Origin: an uncultured virus (IMG/VR IMGVR_UViG_3300050343_000139)
Lineage: Duplodnaviria > Heunggongvirae > Uroviricota > Caudoviricetes
Virus record (IMG/VR): IMGVR_UViG_3300050343_000139
Direction: 5' to 3' (one strand)
Length of the DNA stretch: 64,000 nt
A program made the position numbers and the translations under genes. The notes under the pieces are model-generated. The model was not told the DNA's origin and searched no databases. It saw only the letters and a list, made by a program, of their open reading frames with translations. Positions 36,735 to 46,909 of the stretch are shown here, piece by piece (position 1 is the first letter of the stretch; every line of letters starts with the position of its first letter).

Positions 36735-37339
36735 TATCCTGCTATCTCCATTAATACCATTGTTTCTAAATTATTATCATCTCCTGTTTTCACTTGTCCA
36801 GAGTTAGCAGTATTATTTACTCTAGCTTGTGTTTTGTATGTAATAGCTGATGTTGTACTAGGAGTATCTAAAACTTTCATAGATATTGTTTGTGTATTAA
36901 AAACATAACCAGCATTACCTGCACCAATGTTTGCAGTTATATCTGAAATAACTGTGCTATCACGCAATAATTGTATATAACCTGTTTGGTCCACACTACC
37001 TCTGTACATTTCAAAGTTGTGTTGAATTAAAATTAGAATTTTACTTGATGTTGCACTAGGTGTAATACTTGCAGACAATCCACTATCAACAAATGATGTA
37101 CTTGTAATTATTTGTTCTGTGTTATCAGTACCTGTAACAACTTGTAATACTTTACCTCCACTAATAGAAGGAATAGCACCATCTCTAATTAAAAGACCAT
37201 CAACAGTTACACCAGAACCAGATGTTTTTTCTGTTATGGTATCAGTATTGACAGCGTTATCTTTTATCAATACTCCATCAACAGTTACACCAGCATTAGT
37301 GGTGGATTCGTTGATTGCATCTACTTGTACTGTACTCAT
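36734..37339 (-). CDS. short fibre-tip structural protein
   Basis: GKVLQVV, L.ASITPS.TSSKIL, LD.PSTTSAITYK, LMEIAG. Confidence 0.75.
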   Translation of the reverse strand: MSTVQVDAINESTTNAGVTVDGVLIKDNAVNTDTITEKTSGSGVTVDGLLIRDGAIPSISGGKVLQVVTGTDNTEQIITSTSFVDSGLSASITPSATSSKILILIQHNFEMYRGSVDQTGYIQLLRDSTVISDITANIGAGNAGYVFNTQTISMKVLDTPSTTSAITYKTQARVNNTANSGQVKTGDDNNLETMVLMEIAG

Positions 37340-37536
37340 TTAGTACCTTCTTTTTTAAAATGTTTATTAAAATAATTTTCAGGGTCTTTTTTGTTATCCA
37401 CAAACTCTGAAATAGATTTCTCTATCATATTGTAATCTTTATTAGAAAAATCTGGTTCTTTTACAATATAATAAGCTACACCAGATAAGACTACTGAAGC
37501 TATACCAATAAGAAATCCAGCAAAAAATTCTATCAT
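37336..37536 (-). CDS. small membrane protein
   Basis: N-terminal TM helix; coupled. Confidence 0.6.
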   Translation of the reverse strand: MIEFFAGFLIGIASVVLSGVAYYIVKEPDFSNKDYNMIEKSISEFVDNKKDPENYFNKHFKKEGTK

Positions 37537-40500
37537 AAAACCACCAGACTTCCTTGAACATCTACAGTTCCTTGTACATCTAGTGGTCCAGCAGCAACAG
37601 TTCCTTCTGTAGCAGCTATTGTAAATGTTTCTGATGCGTGCATAGCTAAGTTGTGTGTAAAGAAACCACCTCTAGCTGACATAGAAACATTGTTGTCAAT
37701 CTTAGCTCTTTCTTGACCAGCAGTTGTCATAACTATTTCATCTGAATCTGAAACATCAACTTCAATCTTTGTGTCGTTATCAGCATCTTTAACAGTATCT
37801 GATTCAACTCCACCAAGTGATGCTTGAACGAAAGCTGTTGTAGCAACTGCAGTAGTATTATCTCCTGTAGTTTGTGTCTTAGCTTTTAATGTAGCATCTG
37901 TCATCTTGATGTTCATATCGGTCTCTGGACCATATGCTTGTGAAGCTATAGGGTCAGAAGTACCACTTGCATCTTCAAAGGCTAAATTACCCGATGTTAT
38001 TGCTATATTATCTGCTGTACCATCTGCATGGTTAAATACTATTTCGTTACTAGATACTGGTAAGTCTTGTGGTGTTCCACTTGCTTTTGTAAAGCTAACA
38101 AAACTATCTGCTGATACAAGTCCTACTGCGAAAGAATCAGAGGATTCATCCCATATAAATGCAGCATCTGCACCAGTACTTCCTCTCTCTATAACGATAC
38201 CTGCATCTACACCTAATGAACTTGCGTCTGCGTTAAGTTCTATAACTGTATCAGTAATCTTCATCTCATTAGCTTGTGTAGAAGTTCCAGTAACAGTTAA
38301 GTTACTTATTGTTACACCAGTGCTAGTTGCTGTTAATACATCTGTACCACCAGCTTTTATAAATACTGTATCGTTGTCAGCACTTCTCTCTACTTCTAGT
38401 TTGGTATCACCATCGTTATCAGCAAAAGTTGTTAGTGTCTGAGATGTACCAGTTAAATCAATGTTGTCTGTAGAGCCATTAAAACCAGTAAACGGTATTG
38501 CACCTATTGTGCTTATACTTGAAAGGTTTATTGGGTCTGCTGCTCCACCTGCTAGTGTAACTGGCATACTTCCAGCACTACCACCAGTTGAAGCGAAAGT
38601 TATTGTATCTGCACCTGCATCTGTAGTAAGTGTCATACCTGCACCAGCTGCAAGGGTTAATGTATCGGTCTCTGAATCAGCTACTACATTTGATTGTCCA
38701 GCAACGGCTAATGTTGAGAAAGCGTTTGCTGCACCACCAGTTGCGGCGATTGTAAGAGTTCCTGCTGAGTCGTTATAATCTTTTGTGATGTTTGCACCAG
38801 CAACTATTACATTATCTGCGAAGTCTTCTATCTGTTCTTGTGTAAGTTGAGTGTTGGTATCAGCAGAAGCAATTGTAATTGTATCTGTTGATGCATCAGT
38901 TGTAAGAGTAATATTTGCACCAGCTGCAAAGTTAAGAGTATCAGTTGTACTATCTGGAGCTACAGTTGTTTGTCCAGATACTGCAATGTTTTGGAAGTAG
39001 TTTGTTGAGGAAGCTACTGTGCCTGGCTCAAACTCACTGTTAGAAGCATTCCAAACAAGAGCTTGTCCATCAGAAGGAGCTGAGGTTGTAATGTCTACAT
39101 CTGATAAATCTCCGACTGATACTGTACCTAAGTTAATATCTACTTCATTGTTACTTGTATCATCAGTAATAGTTATCTTTGCAGAACCTGCATTTAGTTT
39201 CTTAAACTGTAAGTCTTCTCCGACTTTAGCATCAAAGATTCCCACACCTGCTGTTCCAATGTTAGAAGCTGTGTTTGTCTCGCCAGAACCAGATAATCCC
39301 GATACAGATGATAAAGCAAAGCTACCTGCAGAGTTATCCCAAGTAACAACTTTTTGGTCTTCTGTAGCGCCTGGTGCTGTGAAGCCTATGTTAGATAGGT
39401 CTTCTAAGTTAGCAGCTGCAATTCGTGCATCTGCTCTAGCGTTAGTAAAATATAAGTTTGTTCCTTCGGATAAGTCAGCTGTATCTTTTGTTGCTATCCA
39501 AGTGTTAGCTGTACTTGTAAAATCTGATGTTGCTAATTTAGTAGCAATAGAGTTAGTAACAGTAGTAGAGAAGTTGGCATCGTCACCTAAAGCTGCTGCT
39601 AGTTCGTTAAGAGTATCGAGAGCGCCTGGTGCTGAATCTATTACATTATTTACTTGTGTTGTTACATAAGATTGTGTTGCATAACTATTAGCTGTTAAGT
39701 AAGAAGCTACATCTGAATCAGCGTATTGTGTAATTGAAGAAGCAATCTGTCCAGAACCAGATATTGTAATACCTGCTCCTGCTGATAAATAGCTTTGAAC
39801 ATCACTATCAGCATACTGAGTTATGGTTGAAGCAATCTCTCCAGAACCATTTATAGAAATTCCAGAACCAGCTGATATATAACTTTGTACATCTGAATCA
39901 GCGTATTGTGTAATACTTGTAGATATTTCACCACTACCGTTTATAGATATACCAGTTCCAGCTGATATATAGGCTTGTACATCTGAGTCTGCATACTGTG
40001 TTATTGTTGTAGCAATTACTCCAGAGCCAGAAAGAGTAATACCTGTTCCAGCTGATAAGTATGATTGAACATCTGTATCACCATAAGATGAACCAAATAC
40101 TGTAACAGTTCCACCCATACCAGAGTGTGATTCACAATAGTAGTAAAGAATATCTGGAGTTGCACCGTTAACTGTGTACTCAATGTAAGCACCAGATTGA
40201 CCTTGTGTTCCATTTTCTGTCTTACCTGTTGTGTACTCTGAACTACCAGAGTTATTGTCTGTTGTAGATAAAGCAAATGGATGTGAAGATGTTGAACTAC
40301 TTGATAAGTCAAATCTATATGTAATACCTGGGTTGAATGATATTGTTGCTTGTGACTCTCCATCTATGAGGAATTTACCACCAGCTACTGTTACTGCATA
40401 TTCTACTATTACAGTATTATTTTCGAAGTTTATTGTTTTACCAGTAAGAGTATCACTAGATGTAGCAGTTATATAACTTCCTAAATCAGAAATTTGTGAT

Positions 40501-42998
40501 TCTGTTATTGATAAAGCTGCTTGATGTTGTGTAACAGAACTTTGTGTTATGTTTGTATCTGGTACATTTGCCCAAGTTACAGCAGAAGTTAAATCATTTG
40601 TTTCAGCAGTTAAGTAAGACTGTAAATCAGATATTTGTGATTCAGTAATACTTAATGCAGCTTGATGCTGAGTTACAGCACTTTCAGTTACTGTTGTTGC
40701 TAACGCTACTGCACCACTTCCATCAAAGCTTATTGCACTAGCAGTGACATCTCCAGTTAATGAGAAGTTTTGTCCAGAAGCTAAAGCTGTTGCAGTATCT
40801 GCATTACCAGTTAAAGCACCCTCTATGTCTGCTACTAATACTGCTTTGTTATAAGAAGAATCAGCAGTATCAACTGTACCTGTTGGTTCAACAGTTAGAC
40901 TGTCAAACAGTTTAAATTTATTTTGACCTACACCTGGGTCCCAATGAAGACCTACATATTTAGTTGTAGATGATTGAACTACTTTACCATATATACCAAT
41001 ATCAGTTGAGTTGCCAATGTTTCCACTAGCAAGTTTTATCATATTTTCTTCAGTAGATACTGTATCAGTATTAAGTGTTGTAGTTGTTCCTTGTACTGTT
41101 AAATCTCCAGTTACAACTAAATCATTAGAAACAGTCATAGTTGTAGCTGTTATGTCGTCTGAATTAAGTACTCCATCTACAGTTATATTATTAAATGTAA
41201 CATTGTCAGTAGTTGCTACTGGCTGTCCAATAGATATTGCACCAGTAGTGTTGTCATAAGTAACACCTGTAGAGCCAGATAAATCTGTTAAATCTATAAA
41301 GTTACTGTCATTAGTAAGAGTTGATATATTATCACTTGGTTGTACAGCACTATCAGCTAATGTTCCTTGAGCAGCTGTAGCAAATGCTGCACTGTCATTA
41401 CCATCTAAGGTATCTGCATCTACATTAAGAGCATCAACAAAAGACTTAGTTACTCTTGCATCTATATCTGTATTAGCTCTTGTAGTTGTGTAGTAAAGGT
41501 TTGTACCTTCTGATAAGTCCGATGTAGTTTTACTGCTTAAGTCTAGATTGGAACCAGTTTGTAAATTAACTCTGGCATCTGCCCTTGCATCTGTGTAATA
41601 AAGATTACTTCCTTCAGACAAGTCACCAGTATCTTTACCTGTAAAAGCTGTATCAAATCTTGCAGTAGTATAGTAAAGGTTTGTTCCCTCTGCTAAGTCA
41701 GTAGTGCTAAAGTCACCTAAATCAACTGTAATCGTTGGTGTTGCCGTTTCTCCAGTATTGTTAGAAAGGTCTATACCTGTTCCAGCAACAAGGCTTGCAA
41801 CGTATGCACCCTCAGTATCTGTTCCTAAATTAAGTGGTTCATTAATAAATGCTGAACCATTATATCTAAGAATGTCACCTGTTTGTGTAGAAGTTAAAGT
41901 TATATCAGATAAATCTCCAACGCTAGCTGCTGCTATACGAGCATCTGCTCTAGCGTTTGTGTAGTAAAGGTTGCTTCCTTCTGTTAAATCACCTGTGTCA
42001 AATGAAGACATTGTTACTGCTACTGTTGGTGTTTGTCCTTCACCTGAGTTAACACTAACACTTATACCATTACCAGCAGTTATGCTTTGTACGAAATCAC
42101 CTACAGTATCTGTTGCTAAATCAACTGCGTCATTAATCCATACGCTGCCGTTGTATCTTAAAAAATCTCCGTTTTGTGAACTTGTAAGTGTTACATCGTT
42201 CATTTCTTCTAATGTATCTTCTGTTGATACTTGCGCATCTACATAAGCTGTTGTTGCAACTTTAGTAGAGTTATCGCTAGAAGACTGAGTTGTAGCTATT
42301 ACACCATCAGCAAGTACAGATGTAGAAGTTACATTACCTGTTAAATCTCCTGTGATATTTCCTTCAATATTTGATATCAATGTACCGGTAGAATGTCCTG
42401 TTGCTCCAGTATCTACTAGTGTATTTGGTTCTGATTGATTACCAGTCCATAAAATAAACTTATCTTGTGACGCATCCCATGTAAAACCTAAGTATTTTGT
42501 TGTTGCAGATTCTACATATTCTCCATACCAACCAATATCAACTGCATCTGTAGTATTGTTATCAGCTAGCTTCATTAATACATCTTCAACAGTTACTGTT
42601 GCAGTATTAATAGTTGTTGTGTCACCTTGTACAGTTAAGTCACCTGTGATTGTTAAATCATTACCTACTGTTAAGTTATTAAATGTAGGACTGTCTGAAG
42701 TACCAAGTCCTAAAGAAGTTCTTACTGTTGAGCCACTTTCTACTATCCAAGCGCTTCCGTTGGATACTATAAAATTGCCATCTGAATGTGTTAACCCTGC
42801 TATTGTTGCTAAATCTGAATCATAAGCAAGAACGTTTGTTCCAATTGCTAATCCTAGTGCTGTTCTAGCATCTGCTGCTGTAATTGCACCAGTACCACCA
42901 TCTTCTATTCCTATAAAATCATCGGCTTGAAACTCAGCAAAACCAATAGCATTATTACTTGCGTCATAATTAACTCTTACTGGTGTTTTCTGTACCAT
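37533..42998 (-). CDS. long repetitive tail fibre protein (1821 aa)
   Basis: T/S/D/G-rich; five DL.EG.NLY.T repeats, DL.D V repeats, ATTA.V motifs, 30-aa tandem repeats. Confidence 0.85.
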   Translation of the reverse strand: MVQKTPVRVNYDASNNAIGFAEFQADDFIGIEDGGTGAITAADARTALGLAIGTNVLAYDSDLATIAGLTHSDGNFIVSNGSAWIVESGSTVRTSLGLGTSDSPTFNNLTVGNDLTITGDLTVQGDTTTINTATVTVEDVLMKLADNNTTDAVDIGWYGEYVESATTKYLGFTWDASQDKFILWTGNQSEPNTLVDTGATGHSTGTLISNIEGNITGDLTGNVTSTSVLADGVIATTQSSSDNSTKVATTAYVDAQVSTEDTLEEMNDVTLTSSQNGDFLRYNGSVWINDAVDLATDTVGDFVQSITAGNGISVSVNSGEGQTPTVAVTMSSFDTGDLTEGSNLYYTNARADARIAAASVGDLSDITLTSTQTGDILRYNGSAFINEPLNLGTDTEGAYVASLVAGTGIDLSNNTGETATPTITVDLGDFSTTDLAEGTNLYYTTARFDTAFTGKDTGDLSEGSNLYYTDARADARVNLQTGSNLDLSSKTTSDLSEGTNLYYTTTRANTDIDARVTKSFVDALNVDADTLDGNDSAAFATAAQGTLADSAVQPSDNISTLTNDSNFIDLTDLSGSTGVTYDNTTGAISIGQPVATTDNVTFNNITVDGVLNSDDITATTMTVSNDLVVTGDLTVQGTTTTLNTDTVSTEENMIKLASGNIGNSTDIGIYGKVVQSSTTKYVGLHWDPGVGQNKFKLFDSLTVEPTGTVDTADSSYNKAVLVADIEGALTGNADTATALASGQNFSLTGDVTASAISFDGSGAVALATTVTESAVTQHQAALSITESQISDLQSYLTAETNDLTSAVTWANVPDTNITQSSVTQHQAALSITESQISDLGSYITATSSDTLTGKTINFENNTVIVEYAVTVAGGKFLIDGESQATISFNPGITYRFDLSSSSTSSHPFALSTTDNNSGSSEYTTGKTENGTQGQSGAYIEYTVNGATPDILYYYCESHSGMGGTVTVFGSSYGDTDVQSYLSAGTGITLSGSGVIATTITQYADSDVQAYISAGTGISINGSGEISTSITQYADSDVQSYISAGSGISINGSGEIASTITQYADSDVQSYLSAGAGITISGSGQIASSITQYADSDVASYLTANSYATQSYVTTQVNNVIDSAPGALDTLNELAAALGDDANFSTTVTNSIATKLATSDFTSTANTWIATKDTADLSEGTNLYFTNARADARIAAANLEDLSNIGFTAPGATEDQKVVTWDNSAGSFALSSVSGLSGSGETNTASNIGTAGVGIFDAKVGEDLQFKKLNAGSAKITITDDTSNNEVDINLGTVSVGDLSDVDITTSAPSDGQALVWNASNSEFEPGTVASSTNYFQNIAVSGQTTVAPDSTTDTLNFAAGANITLTTDASTDTITIASADTNTQLTQEQIEDFADNVIVAGANITKDYNDSAGTLTIAATGGAANAFSTLAVAGQSNVVADSETDTLTLAAGAGMTLTTDAGADTITFASTGGSAGSMPVTLAGGAADPINLSSISTIGAIPFTGFNGSTDNIDLTGTSQTLTTFADNDGDTKLEVERSADNDTVFIKAGGTDVLTATSTGVTISNLTVTGTSTQANEMKITDTVIELNADASSLGVDAGIVIERGSTGADAAFIWDESSDSFAVGLVSADSFVSFTKASGTPQDLPVSSNEIVFNHADGTADNIAITSGNLAFEDASGTSDPIASQAYGPETDMNIKMTDATLKAKTQTTGDNTTAVATTAFVQASLGGVESDTVKDADNDTKIEVDVSDSDEIVMTTAGQERAKIDNNVSMSARGGFFTHNLAMHASETFTIAATEGTVAAGPLDVQGTVDVQGSLVVL
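39700..40090 (-). repeat. 90-bp (30-aa) intragenic tandem repeat, ~4 copies
   Basis: ITQYADSDVQ.Y.SAG.GI.I.GSG.I.S. units; identical DNA at 39711 and 39891. Confidence 0.85.
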
Positions 42999-44149
42999 TA
43001 TTCAGCTACTTCCATATCTAATATTTCCTCAGAACCGTTTGTTTGGACAATACTTAATTGTAGCGTAGAGTTATCAGTTTTTGCTGGCATTAAGATGTCT
43101 GCTAAAGTACCATTTGATTGAAGAACAGGAATAGACCTAGTGCTTACTCCTACATATCCACCCGAACCAGAAACAGGGTCGGAAGTTGCAACATTAAAAA
43201 ATTTATTCCTAAGAGGTACTCCTGCTCCCTCTCCAGCTTGTAAAATTATTGGAACCTTACTTGATAAAGATAACGTTTTAGGTACATTGCTAGTAACTTT
43301 AACTTCATTATTTGTCGCATCTGTGGTTATTGTTACTTTATCTCTATCTGATTTGTATCTATTATCGAGACTAGTATTTTCTTCAGATTCTATTCTTAAC
43401 GTATCTTCAGTAGCTCCTGCTGTAACGGTGTTCTGATTTGTTGTAGAAATATTTTTAAAACTATTTTGATTTAATTCACCAGATGTGTTTGCTGATATTG
43501 TTATTGTATCATTTGATGCATCTGCATTTAAAGTTACATTACTTCCTGCTATAAACTCAACAGCACCCGAAGCATTGTCAGCTTCGACACTATCTGAACC
43601 AACGTTTATATATCTAAATCCAGGACCACCAGAACCAGTTCCAGAACTACTTATAGTTATTGTATCTGTAGAACCATTTGAGTTGATAGTTATTCCACTT
43701 CCAGCAACAAGATTGAGACTATCTCCAGCTTGGTCAGCTTGTACTGTATCTTGTCCACTTATAGTAATATTTCCGAAAGCATTTTGTTGAGTTATAGGTG
43801 TTGCCCAAGAAATGTTACCAAAACCATCAGTTGTTAAAACCTGGTTAGAGGAACCAGAGTTACCATTTATTAAAAGTTTTTCAGAAAGAATATCTAAAGC
43901 ACCGTCAGTTGTTATTTGTAGATATTCAGTACTATCTACTCCGAATATTATTTTTTTACTAGCATTTGTTGTTAGTACTAAAGTACCGTCAGATATAATT
44001 GACTGTCCGTCAATGTACATATTGTGTTCAACATCAGATATGTTGACAGTTGCATTGCTGGTTTGAAATCCGTAAGAGCCGTCTAATATGTGGTCTGCTA
44101 ATGCATTACCACTCATTTGTGTAGTCGAAGAATGTGTTACTTCAGGCAT
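42998..44149 (-). CDS. proximal tail fibre/anchor protein
   Basis: QVLTTDG.GN.SW and F..I..SGQ..V.AD...D.L..VAG repeats shared with the long fibre. Confidence 0.7.
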   Translation of the reverse strand: MPEVTHSSTTQMSGNALADHILDGSYGFQTSNATVNISDVEHNMYIDGQSIISDGTLVLTTNASKKIIFGVDSTEYLQITTDGALDILSEKLLINGNSGSSNQVLTTDGFGNISWATPITQQNAFGNITISGQDTVQADQAGDSLNLVAGSGITINSNGSTDTITISSSGTGSGGPGFRYINVGSDSVEADNASGAVEFIAGSNVTLNADASNDTITISANTSGELNQNSFKNISTTNQNTVTAGATEDTLRIESEENTSLDNRYKSDRDKVTITTDATNNEVKVTSNVPKTLSLSSKVPIILQAGEGAGVPLRNKFFNVATSDPVSGSGGYVGVSTRSIPVLQSNGTLADILMPAKTDNSTLQLSIVQTNGSEEILDMEVAE

Positions 44150-44414
44150 TAGCTATTCCAGGAATTTCACTACCAAAAGTACCCCCTAACTGTTTGTATA
44201 TGTATTTCACTCTATCTAACTCTCTCATTACTTCTTTAACAGCACTGTACCAATCTTCATATTGAGTATGTGTTTCATCTAATCTATCAACCATAAGGCC
44301 AAAGTGTTCTCTTTCTAATTCTTCAATTCTTCTAAGAACGTAGTCCATTTTAAATGTGTGGTCTACAAATCGATATTCCAAATGAAGGTCGTTATTACTT
44401 TGTTCTTCAGACAT
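44142..44414 (-). CDS. hypothetical helical protein
   Basis: 90 aa, coupled. Confidence 0.65.
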   Translation of the reverse strand: MSEEQSNNDLHLEYRFVDHTFKMDYVLRRIEELEREHFGLMVDRLDETHTQYEDWYSAVKEVMRELDRVKYIYKQLGGTFGSEIPGIANA

Positions 44415-44518
44415 TATTCCTCCAACGCTTTCACTCTAGCAGTTAAATCCGAAATCTGTGTGTTTAGTCCTTGTACTACTTCTAGCTTTGAATTACCTTC
44501 ATTTATTAAATCCGCCAT
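44414..44518 (-). CDS. 34-aa coiled-coil peptide
   Basis: MADLINEGNSKLEVVQGLNTQISDLTARVKALEE; fills the gap; TAATG-coupled. Confidence 0.55.
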   Translation of the reverse strand: MADLINEGNSKLEVVQGLNTQISDLTARVKALEE

Positions 44519-45266
44519 TTAGTCTTCTTACGATGCTCCTGTAACTATTCTTAAACTTGGTTCCAAGTTCTGTTTTTTCCCTCTCATCGTTTAGCAAGTC
44601 TTTTTTGTCCATTTGTGATGTTTCATAATCCCAGTCATCTCTTTTAAATGGAATGACTTGAATGAATGGTGTACCCCTCTCTATTATAGCATCTTTAGTT
44701 GTGTGCCATACAGAAGGGAAGTTTACATGATGATAGGAATCAGTTTCTACTATACCTGGCAATACTGTAAATCTCTTTTCAAATTGGTAAGTAGGGGTAA
44801 TAAACATTACTGAATAACCTTTGGGAGTGTGTATTCTCCATGGATTAATAAACTTTACACCTTCTGGAAAATCTGTTTTTTTTAAATCCCAACCTTTTAT
44901 TTGTTCTTTGCTGTGAAATTCAATACCATACTTAAAGTTTTTATTATCCCATTCAAAAGTTTCCATATCTCTTTGTACTAGAAAATCAGACCACATAGGT
45001 ATTATGAAGCCTTCTGTAATCAAATCAACAATAGCTGGACATCTTTTTACTGTCCCAGATGTATGTTTTTTAGCTGTATCACCTTTTTTACCAAAGTAAT
45101 TAGGTTTTCCTTTTTCATGTAAACCATCTATTTCAACAGAATCAGACATACCCTTAAACCATTTAGGCAAAAAGAAACTAGAAGGTTTTACTGGTGCTAT
45201 TTCTTCGAGACCTTTTACATCTGTCTTGAACTCTATAAATTGTTTACCCCCCAAAGAAAACTTCAA
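44499..45266 (-). CDS. dUTPase-like-fold hypothetical protein (copy 1)
   Basis: TVKRCPAI.D....GFIIP.WSD, NPW...TPKGYS, PGIVETD, GTPFIQVIPFKR. Confidence 0.65.
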   Translation of the reverse strand: MKFSLGGKQFIEFKTDVKGLEEIAPVKPSSFFLPKWFKGMSDSVEIDGLHEKGKPNYFGKKGDTAKKHTSGTVKRCPAIVDLITEGFIIPMWSDFLVQRDMETFEWDNKNFKYGIEFHSKEQIKGWDLKKTDFPEGVKFINPWRIHTPKGYSVMFITPTYQFEKRFTVLPGIVETDSYHHVNFPSVWHTTKDAIIERGTPFIQVIPFKRDDWDYETSQMDKKDLLNDEREKTELGTKFKNSYRSIVRRLNGGFNK

Positions 45267-45475
45267 TCGAAAGTTCCTCCAGCATTCGTATATTCTGTTT
45301 TCTTAGCAGTCAATTCATTTTCAAAAGTTTCTAAGATATCATCTTCTTTATCAGCTCTATTGCTGTAATTGTAATATCTCATTTCTAAACCTTGCACTTC
45401 TTCAAGTAGTCTTTGAAGTGTCTCTTCAGAAGATTCCGGTTCGGGTATATTTATTGATTCATAAGTTACAGACAT
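45263..45475 (-). CDS. hypothetical protein
   Basis: 70 aa; the LE..Y...Y...GGTF ending resembles 44142-44414. Confidence 0.6.
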   Translation of the reverse strand: MSVTYESINIPEPESSEETLQRLLEEVQGLEMRYYNYSNRADKEDDILETFENELTAKKTEYTNAGGTFD

Positions 45476-46908
45476 TATCCCTCCAATTCATCTATTCTAG
45501 CTTCTAATACATCTATCTTAGCTGAAAGTTGTTGAACTGCTTTAATTAAAGGAGGTATAAAGTTTTCCATCTCTATTCTCCCCATATCATCTGCATCGCT
45601 ACTTATAGTTGAATCATATTCTGTGATATCACCTATTTTTAAACCGGAGAAAGATGTGTTGCTACCTGTTTCATCAAATACTGCTTGTTTAACTTCTTGA
45701 GCAATAAATCCTTGCTGCAAGTTACTTGTCATTCCTTTATACTTTAAATCCATAGAATCATCAGAATTATATAAAGCATCTAAGTGAGAAGATTTCCAAT
45801 TAAAATCTCTTGGGGTTAATCTATTTAAAAAGTCTAGACCTAGAGTTATAGGAGCTATATCTTCTTTTAATCTTTCATCAGAATGCGAAACATCGAATCT
45901 GTGTTGTGTTATTGCATTAGCAACATCAGTATTGTTAGCATAATTAGAGTGATTATGGTTATTACCTGTTATTCCGTGAGGGTTTATTGAATTTAAAGTA
46001 TGGTTAACGGGCATAAATTGACCTGTGTGATTATGGTTATTGTTAGTAAATCCAGTAATATCATTACCGAAGTTGTGATTATGATTATTAGGTGTCATAG
46101 TATTGCCATGTTGGTGATTATTGTTTGTTAAATAATTACTATCAGCATGAGTACCATGTGCAGTACTAACATTTTGATTTGTTACTAAAGTTCCAGCATT
46201 AGGAAAAGTCAAATTACCATGAGTATGTCCAGAAGTATTAGCCCATGCTACTCCGTTACCTGTAGATTGTAATACTTGTCCAGAAGTTCCCGATTGTCCA
46301 CCAGCTTTTAAAGCAGCAGATAAATTTAAATTACCTAATACAGAAAAGTCTGTACTACTTGAAGAAAAGCTAAATATGTCGTCGTTTCCGTTACTAGCTT
46401 TAAAGCTATCAAAGTTAAAATCATTATTTGTCTCAAGAAAGAAACCCATTTTTTGAAAATCTCCTTGGATAGTGAGAGACGGGTTATCTTCAGAACCATC
46501 AGCCATAACAACAAACGGTTTTGTAGAAAATAAGTGATTACCTGTAGAGCCTTCATCTCTTGAAAATAAAAGTGCATCTCCTAACTTTAAGGATGTGCTT
46601 GATGCTGCACTCGGAGTTCCACTAGTTACCTTTCCTATGGTAATAATTGGATTATTTACAGTAACACTGTTAAAGAATGCGTCTCCGTCTGATTCAATTA
46701 GAAATCCAGAAGAACCGGCCGAATAGTTTGCTTGTATATCTCCAGAGTTAATTGAGATACCACCAATAGTTCCACTAGTTGCAAATATACTTCCTGCACT
46801 AGTTACATAAAATTTAGTATTAGCTTGTCCCTGTGCAGTAGAAAAAGTGTTTGAAACACCAGTTCCTATCCAAACATTACCACTTGTGTCAACATTAAAA
46901 TTTGCCAT
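45475..46908 (-). CDS. tail fibre/spike with C-terminal intramolecular chaperone (peptidase S74)
   Basis: SDERLKEDI...GL.F...L.P..F.W...GFIAQEV...L.KAVQQL; His/Asn-rich HxH repeats before it. Confidence 0.88.
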   Translation of the reverse strand: MANFNVDTSGNVWIGTGVSNTFSTAQGQANTKFYVTSAGSIFATSGTIGGISINSGDIQANYSAGSSGFLIESDGDAFFNSVTVNNPIITIGKVTSGTPSAASSTSLKLGDALLFSRDEGSTGNHLFSTKPFVVMADGSEDNPSLTIQGDFQKMGFFLETNNDFNFDSFKASNGNDDIFSFSSSSTDFSVLGNLNLSAALKAGGQSGTSGQVLQSTGNGVAWANTSGHTHGNLTFPNAGTLVTNQNVSTAHGTHADSNYLTNNNHQHGNTMTPNNHNHNFGNDITGFTNNNHNHTGQFMPVNHTLNSINPHGITGNNHNHSNYANNTDVANAITQHRFDVSHSDERLKEDIAPITLGLDFLNRLTPRDFNWKSSHLDALYNSDDSMDLKYKGMTSNLQQGFIAQEVKQAVFDETGSNTSFSGLKIGDITEYDSTISSDADDMGRIEMENFIPPLIKAVQQLSAKIDVLEARIDELEG

Positions 46909-46909
46909 A

